The notes beneath the pieces are model-generated. The model worked only from the letters and a program-made list of their open reading frames with translations. It had not been told where the DNA came from and did no database searches. A stretch of 64,000 bases of DNA from the human T2T-CHM13v2.0 reference genome, Homo sapiens. The stretch lies in the NCBI RefSeq assembly GCF_009914755.1, contig NC_060936.1, one strand, 5' to 3'. A program made the position numbers and the translations under genes. Shown here piece by piece: positions 55,009 through 64,000 of the stretch (positions within the stretch are counted from its first letter, which is position 1; each line of letters starts with the position of its first letter).

Positions 55009-56230
55009 CAGCATTTCCATTGTGCATACTACCCTCAGTCTTCCAGACTGGTGGAAGGAGGAAATGGAATAATAAAAACAACAATCGGTAAGGCTTACAG
55101 AAACATTTAGACTATTGAGGCCTACGGCTCTTTTATTTGCTTAACTTACATTCTACCCCATTTGGAAAACAACAGCTTTCTCCCTTTGAAATGGTAACAG
55201 ATGCCCCATGCACCTAGCTGAAGGAGTCTATGAACCAGCTCTCCTATGGTATTCTTCATTATTGCCAAGGCCTTATAAGTGTCTCTCTAAAAATTCTAAA
55301 TTAATTATGGATTCTTTTGACAGAAAGTTCCCAGGAGATGAAGACATTGAAACTGCCATCATAAAATTAATAAAAGGTTCAAGATTAGAATTATGGTATT
55401 GGCCTGGATTTTGTTAAGACAGAGACATAGGTAAATCATTAGATGTTTCTTATACTTATTTTCCTTTCTTTGACCTTTTCTTCCTCCATGTCTAATTCCT
55501 TATATATAGTCATTTTAATAAATTATAGTTACTAGTAATTAATTATCTTCCTATTCCTGCCCCATCAGGCATGCTGCCCACAAGATTAATGAACTTGTTT
55601 TTCTCTTAAAGAACAATTATCTTTAGGTCATGTAGGTCTCCTTGATGGCTTCCAGAAGTTGAACTGGTGAAGGGGCCAAGAAGCTTTGACCACTGGGGAT
55701 CTCACTTCCTGCAAACCTTTCTGCTAAGCTCTAGGCATAGTTAAACAATAACCTGCCATTGTTCCCTAGCTTGCTTTTCTATAGTAACAGCATTCACAAG
55801 CACTATTATGAAACCTAAGACTGGTCTCTGAGATATTTTTTCATACTTTGCATCCAAATGGACCAGCTGACACCAACCAGACAAGTGACCTATGACCTCA
55901 ACCTAAGAACTGACTCAGTGCGTGAAGTTAGTTTTGATACTCTATGATTTCATCTCCAACTACTCAGTAGCACACATTCCCTAGCACTCCCTGCCTGCCA
56001 AACCATCCTTAAAAATCCTAGCTTTTGAATTCTTGGGGAGGTGGATTTGAGAAGCATCTCCTTGAGTGTCTGTCTCACTCAGTTGCCTTATAATAATTAA
56101 ATTCTTTCTCTGCCGCAACACTTGCTGGCTTAGTGTTTTGGCTTCTTCTGTGCAGTTAGCAGGAATCCAATTAGGTGATAACAACATCAAATATGGTCTC
56201 CAATCTGGAGATTTTATTTATTGGAAAAAT
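55009..56230 (+). pseudogene. Retroviral integrase C-terminal remnant (ERV1 pol), split by a solo LTR
   Basis: From 55009 translates QHFHCAYYPQSSRLVEGGNGIIKT (HPQSSG.VER.N motif); later LSPFEMVT; FPGDEDI rejoins KYGLQSGDFIYWK after removing the LTR; frameshifted. Confidence 0.8.
55348..56183 (+). mobile_element. ERV1 MER4-group solo LTR (LTR8/LTR39-like start tgaaactgcc)
   Basis: TG...CA termini, attaaa poly(A) signal, perfect TSD acat (55344-55347, 56184-56187). Confidence 0.85.
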
Positions 56231-56572
56231 CCATAAAATAAATGAACCATATCCAGCAGCCCCACTTGAGTGAACATCTTCATTACCGAAGGTTTTCAAT
56301 ACCTTGCTCTTCATATCAGGACAGGAAATAAATGAAATATTTATTTGGTTACCTTCAGTAATAGGAACCCTTTTTGGATCTGCATTTCAGTTGTTTTGTT
56401 AATAATTGTCCTATTTGCATCATACTTTTGATTCTGAAATTGATCATGCTTTGTATTTCTAGATGTTTAAAGTCAACAACAAAAAAACTAATCATGATAG
56501 CAAGATCCTTAGAACTGATCCAACATGCTGCAGCTCCTTTGTAAGCAGATGGCCTGGTTAAGAACATTGCTG

Positions 56573-56986
<414 letters not shown>

Positions 56987-57645
56987 TTACCTGGAAATGA
57001 ACTTTCCTAGTAAAGTTTGTCAGACTTATATCTAAAATGTTAATCTTCAGTGCTTTTAGAAGAGAAAAATTTTAATCAAAAGGGGGAAGTGAGAATAAAA
57101 AATAGCTCAGATAAGTCTGAACTATGTGAACTTTGCAAAATGTGTCAGGCCCAGGGAGACATGAGTATGAGACTTCAGTCATGCACCCATTCCATGCCTA
57201 AATGCAATTGCTCAAAGGCATATTATTCTTTCTTTTCTTACCTGTGGTTTTCTGACTAGCTGCCTCACCCATTATCTTCATGTTCCTGGGATTTTTGATA
57301 CAAAGAACAATGTATAGCAAATCAATAGTTTATGTTATTGTCATTTCTTGGTAAACAACCAAGGAAGTGCCTCTTCTTATTTCTTTTTTCTTTCTTTCTT
57401 TTTCCTTGGCTATGTCTTCTGCATGCCTGTTCTTTTTTCCTTTAAAAGCCCACTTGTAACTGCTGTAAAGTCGGGACATATATTTAGGGCAACTTGAGTC
57501 CATGCTTCTGGGTTTCAGTCTTCAAACTTGGCCCAAATAAACTCTCTCCTTATGTTAATTTTGTCTGTTTTTTCTTTAGGTTGACATGTCCTAGGGCAAA
57601 ATTACTTACTTTCTGTATGCCTCTGTTTCTTCATTTATAGGATTA

Positions 57646-58557
<912 letters not shown>

Positions 58558-58784
58558 ATGGGAATGATAATCTCCACCTTATTTAGTTTTAAAAGAATTA
58601 AATGAGATAATGCAGCTAAAGCAGTTCAGAATAAAACCTGACATGTAGTAATACTAGTTGCTAATGATTATTAAGTGCTTATTATGTGCTAGGGCTCAAA
58701 AATATTACATGTTTCTATTCCTTTTTGTCAAACAGGGCATGTTCAAAGAGTTAAATTTGACAGATGAGAATCTACAAAGCAGGG

Positions 58785-58982
58785 AGGTTGCCCAAACTCA
58801 ATACTGAATATCATGCATCAGAATCACCTTGGAGGACTTGTTAATAAAACACAGATTGCTGGGCCCCATCCCCAGATTTTCATATTCAGTAGGACTGGAG
58901 AGTGCTGTCTAAGAATATGCATTTCTAACAACATCCCAGGTGATGCTGATGCTGCTGGTCTGGGGACCAAACTTTGAGCTAC
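58785..58982. mobile_element. MER5A hAT element
   Basis: gcatcagaatcacc...cagattgctgggcccc...caggtgatgctgatgctgctggtctggggacc..actttgag. Confidence 0.85.
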
Positions 58983-59055
58983 GTGGGCATAGAGGTTAAG
59001 AGGTCACATTTTGAAATCAGAAGGATTCATATTGGAAGCTGAGCTTTAATACTAG

Positions 59056-59371
<316 letters not shown>

Positions 59372-59632
59372 TACCTTGTCTTTTTAAGCTTCAATTTCTT
59401 TGTCTCCAAATAGGTATAACAACAAGAGTTGTATAAAGAGTTGAATTAGATGAGACATATAGAACATTTGGCACACAATTAGTGCATAATGTGCATTAGC
59501 CATTGTTCCTATTCTGCTAAATTTTGGGCCACTCTCCAGTCTTTTCTGTGCATCTACCTCTGTATTTGTAAAGTGAGGATATTAATCTGTATTGTATGGA
59601 AGTTGAAGGCACTCAAAAATAGCCTCAGGTGC

Positions 59633-60047
<415 letters not shown>

Positions 60048-60086
60048 CCTTGGGTGCCATTTAAAAGTAAAAAGCTCTGTCTAAAT

Positions 60087-60436
60087 CAGTGGTCCCCAAC
60101 CTTTTTGGCACCAGGGACCAGTTTTGTGGAAGAAAATTTTTCTATGGACTTGGGGGGTGGTGGAAGGAGGGGGATGGTTTCAGGATGAAACTGTTCCACC
60201 TCAGATCATCAGGTGCTAGATTCTCATAAGGAGTGCTCAGCCTAGATCCCTCACATATGCAGTTCATAACAGGGTTCGCAGTCCTTTGAGAATCTAATGC
60301 TACTGCTTATCTGACAGGAGGTGGAGCTCAGGTGGTAATGCTCTCTCACCCATTGCTCACCTCCTGCTGTGCAACCTGGGTTCCTAACAGGCCACAGACC
60401 AGTACCTATCTGTCGCCTGGGGGTTGGGGACCCTTG
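60087..60436 (+). mobile_element. MER1B hAT (Charlie) element
   Basis: TIRs cagtggtccccaacc / ggttggggacccttg; 8-bp TSD gtctaaat / ctttaaat. Confidence 0.9.
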
Positions 60437-61202
60437 CTTTAAATGTTACAGCTTTTAATGACCATCCTAGAGGTTGAACTTCTGGTCCCCTTAAACAGGT
60501 CTTGGAATGTCTTCCTCTTGGGTTGAATTTGAAAATCCTCTGCTATTACAAGAGGTCTAAGACTCCTAATAGCTCTTTCAGACCTGACTCTCACCTTTAA
60601 TTTTACTCCCCAGTTGTCTTCTCCTCATAGTCCTCCACTAAAGCCTGAACAACAAGGTAGGACCATTCGTTTTATTTCCCCTTTTGTCCTGGCTCATCTT
60701 TCTTTATTGCTGATGTGTTATTCTTTGCAGGTAGACAGTTGTTTCCTCCCCCTGCTATCTGTTCTGAGTCAGGGAGAAACGTCAACTTGGGTGACGACTA
60801 AGTTAGTGGTCATTGCAAAGTTCTTTAGGAAAAAAAAAAAGTCTTAAAATGTTTAAATTTATATGTCTTACAAATAGTATTATCTGATTAAAGCATAGAC
60901 TTAGAAATATTCCCTGGCTTCTGAACTTCTCCACTCTTATTGCACTTTGTTTCTATGGTTGTATTGTCAGCTTCTGTGATTTTTTTTGTTGTTGTTGTTT
61001 ACTGTAACTCTTTGGCAAGCCCTAAGATACAGAAACTTCTTGGCCACCAGTGGTTTGCAGCAGGATAATAGAGATAGGAAACATATTTCATTGCCAATTC
61101 TTTCTTAAGATGTAAATAGATGCCAAGTTTCTTCCAGGGGCCAAAGAGGAAAGTACTTTTATATTAAGATAATTTACACAAAGGTTGTTGCATCATTAAA
61201 AT

Positions 61203-61657
61203 TGTTGAAGAAAAATTATTCATGACACTTGTTAAAGACAGCAAGGCAGGCTTTATTTAAGAGGGGCCGTAGTAGTAAGTATAAGGACATCTGCAATGGG
61301 GTTTTGCAGTAGGGGAGAGAAATTGGACTCATCTTCAACTTCAGCAAGGACAAGTGGGGATTAAATTAAAAAGGAAAATTAAGCTTTCCTATTTAAAGCA
61401 GGAGCAGGATGGGAGGTCAGTGAATGAAAACTCACTAAGAGGAGGAAACATCAGGGGTAAAGGGAATTCCTGCTGAAGGCAGGCCAGGGTGATAAGATAT
61501 CAAGGGCGGTCAGGTACCTCGGTTGGGGGATTTTCACTAACCTGACTTTAAACTGGAGTCTACAAGGACAGAGAGGGAAGCCCAAGGATGGGCCTAGTCA
61601 GGCAGAGGACACTGAGGAACCTAACTAAAGTTTTGGTCAAAGGAGAAGTTATTGTCA
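61203..61657 (-). mobile_element. MER31-like solo LTR
   Basis: tgttgaagaaaaattattcatgacacttgttaaag...ctaaagttttggtcaaaggaga...tgtca. Confidence 0.75.
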
Positions 61658-62261
61658 CAACAAATCCTAGAAAAAAAGCAAGCTTCATTCATATCAGCAG
61701 TTCTCTATTATAATAGTAAAATTTTCCTTGGAAAATACTGGATCGGGAGATATTTTAGTGAGCACGGCCTTTGGGGTTTGTTACCTCCTTTGGGAGGAGG
61801 TAAATGTTGGTTAACTTCTATACAGAACCATCCCTGCGTGGTTTTCTCTTACTATTCAGGCTTGGATTCTACCAGTTAATTTTTACTCTTCTGTTATGAA
61901 TGCTCCTTTCATCAGCAGCATCAAAAGTCTTGCCAGGTCTCTGAAAATCTAGCTGTAGAAACTTCTGGATTCTAGAAGGTTTGATACAATTAGTTTCAAT
62001 AATGTTTTATAATAATATTGTGTTAGAAAAATCCTGCCTTTTCCTTTTATATGTAATATTATTTCAGATTTCAGACTGTGATGACTTTTGTTCAGGTATG
62101 ACTCTTAAATACAGCCTGAGATTTGTTTAATACATGGGTGTTTCCAGACATATGAGATACCAAAAAAAGAGGATTAACCATGCAAAACATTGAAGGTTCC
62201 ACTGACAGTTCTGCCTTAGTGTTGGAAGTAGCTATTGTGTACATTGGCTTCTGAGCACCTT

Positions 62262-62343
62262 TCTTAAACTCCTGGCCTCGAGTGATCCTCATGCTTCAGC
62301 CTCCCAAAGCACTGGGATTACAAGTGTGAGCCACTGTGCTGGC
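62262..62343 (-). mobile_element. Alu/FLAM 5' fragment (~80 bp) with no tail or TSD
   Basis: ctcctggcctcgagtgatcctcatgcttcagcctcccaaagcactgggattacaagtgtgagccactgtgc. Confidence 0.85.
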
Positions 62344-62995
62344 AATGAGCAGCATTTTTATTTGTCTGTATTTACATATGAACAGGTCCTCCCGCTGAGT
62401 AACAGGAAAACCAGGTTTGATTTCAGCATTGTCTTATTTTGCTGTATTATTTTTATTTTTATATTTTATTTTATTTGCTGTATTGCTTTTAAACTTGTGT
62501 CTTGGTTTCCTACATTCTTGGTCCCAAGTTGGCCCTTCCAGCTCTAATATTTTATGATTATGGAAGATTTATCAGCAAAATTACCAAGTGATTAGTTCAA
62601 ATTGCAATACCCTCTTTTTCTTTAAGAATAAATTCTGTCAAATAGCTACTTTGGAAAAAAAATCTAGCTTCATAGATGAATTTATTTTGTTAACCTACTT
62701 CTTTGAGTCCAGAAACTGTTTTAAAAGGAAGGATTACTTTGATTTAATGATTTTATTTGTAAATCTGCTACTGTACATTTTTTAAAAAAATAAAGGTTTC
62801 TGTGAACAAGTTATAGAAAAATGAAATATTGGAGTTGTGAAGGACAGTGATCTTTCCACTAAAATATGAAAAAGGCAAAAGGGCAAACTCATAACTCTGG
62901 AAATAGTCATGGCGTCTCTTTACCAAATGCCACACTGTCCGCAAATGTGTGAAGTGTCTCTGAAGGGCTCAGTGGAAATCTAGCCAGGGCAGTAC

Positions 62996-63058
62996 CTCTG
63001 AGAATACACCAACACTGTTGGTAACAGATGACATTTTGGTTATTAATGAAGTAAAGAA
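62996..63058 (-). other. Candidate exon (63 nt) of an unidentified spliced transcript
   Basis: Acceptor ctaaattcctgttttcag| and donor gag|gtactg; non-repeat sequence. Confidence 0.45.
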
Positions 63059-63145
63059 CTGAAAACAGGAATTTAGTTGGAGACGGTCAGCTGGAGAGTC
63101 TATTATTATGTACACAATACTGTAGGTAACCAACTCAGTACTTAC

Positions 63146-63233
63146 AGGACTAAAGGTTAAGACAACTATATTCTTCATGATAATGTCCTGGAAGATTTTT
63201 CTCATTTTAAAGCAGTCACTTTTGGCCTTTCTC
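63146..63233 (-). other. Candidate exon (88 nt) of an unidentified spliced transcript
   Basis: Acceptor tttttgtcatctgtctgttcag| and consensus donor cct|gtaagt; 87-nt intron to the next candidate exon. Confidence 0.55.
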
Positions 63234-63937
63234 CTGAACAGACAGATGACAAAAATTGATAAATGAGGAGCAGGTGAATAGAAGACAGAGCACTCTCCTT
63301 CAACAAACTGCAGTTTTATTCCTGTACTAGTGAGAATGTATGCAAGATGCTATATAGATTTTTTTTTTTACCACAGTTACAAATATAAAAATGTATTAAG
63401 CAAATACATAATTTAAATTGAAAGACTAAGGAAGTTCTTTGTTCAAATACAGTTAGTTAGAAATATTGTGGGTAGATGCTATAATATGAAAAAATAGAAT
63501 CATCTGCCATCTTAACTGGATTTTCAGAGAAATAATAAATGATATTAAAAACATAAAAGTGCTCTATTATAGAACATAAAAAGTTCAGTTGCTGTATTTA
63601 CTTACATTATTTATGCTTCACACAAATGAAGGAATGGCTAGATTAACCTGCACGGACAACAGTATTATTGGACACTGACTACCTAACATCCAAAATATCA
63701 GGCCAGGAGCAATTTCAAGAAGTGTGTGTAGAATGTCTATGAGCTGTGCACTAATTTCCACAAGGTAGGAGTCGAGACGAGATTAAAGACTTGGTCCTTG
63801 TTCTTGAGGAATTTATAAGCCCAATAGTCCTGCATAGAAAACCAGAAATACTCTTCCAGTAGAGCACTGGTGCACCCTCTTGTCAGTGTGGCAGACTAGG
63901 ACATTCCACAAAGGCTGGTACAGGCTTTCCTACTAAC

Positions 63938-64000
63938 CTGCAGATGGAATGCTGTCCAACTCTGCCACAAACTCTTAAAGCCACAATTTCATGTGTTCCT
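63938..64000 (-). other. Candidate exon 3' end (may run past the window edge)
   Basis: Donor ctgcag|gttagt; possible acceptor AG at 63999-64000, giving a 61-nt exon. Confidence 0.45.

Noticed and set aside
60600-60850. Possible plus-strand mini-exon (cag|60614-60656|gtagga) and 77-aa ORF
   Set aside because: Weak donor, no partner exons and no recognisable product.

Overview
Primate (human-like) genomic DNA made up overwhelmingly of interspersed repeats: about 20 Alus, 8 L1 pieces, four two-LTR MER4-group/ERV1 proviruses (LOR1-, MER61-, MER49- and MER41A-type), solo LTRs, MaLRs, MIR/L2/L3 and hAT DNA-transposon fossils. Many of these are nested, with readable target-site duplications (TSDs). 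No intact protein-coding gene is supported; the longer ORF-track entries are decayed L1 ORF1/ORF2, Alu or LTR read-through. I see no evidence of a novel multi-gene system. The points worth following up are: (1) a cluster of candidate spliced exons on the minus strand at about 62.1-64.0 kb (unidentified gene, disabled gene or lncRNA); (2) a six-level nested insertion inflating one provirus to 27 kb; (3) an L1 with both ends and a TSD but lacking ORF1 and the ORF2 N-terminus; (4) a 33-bp TSD-flanked poly(A)-tailed insert of non-repeat sequence; (5) a twin-primed L1; (6) several fold-back (template-switch) micro-rearrangements. Repeat subfamily names come from recalled consensus sequences, not a database search, and should be confirmed with RepeatMasker/Dfam.
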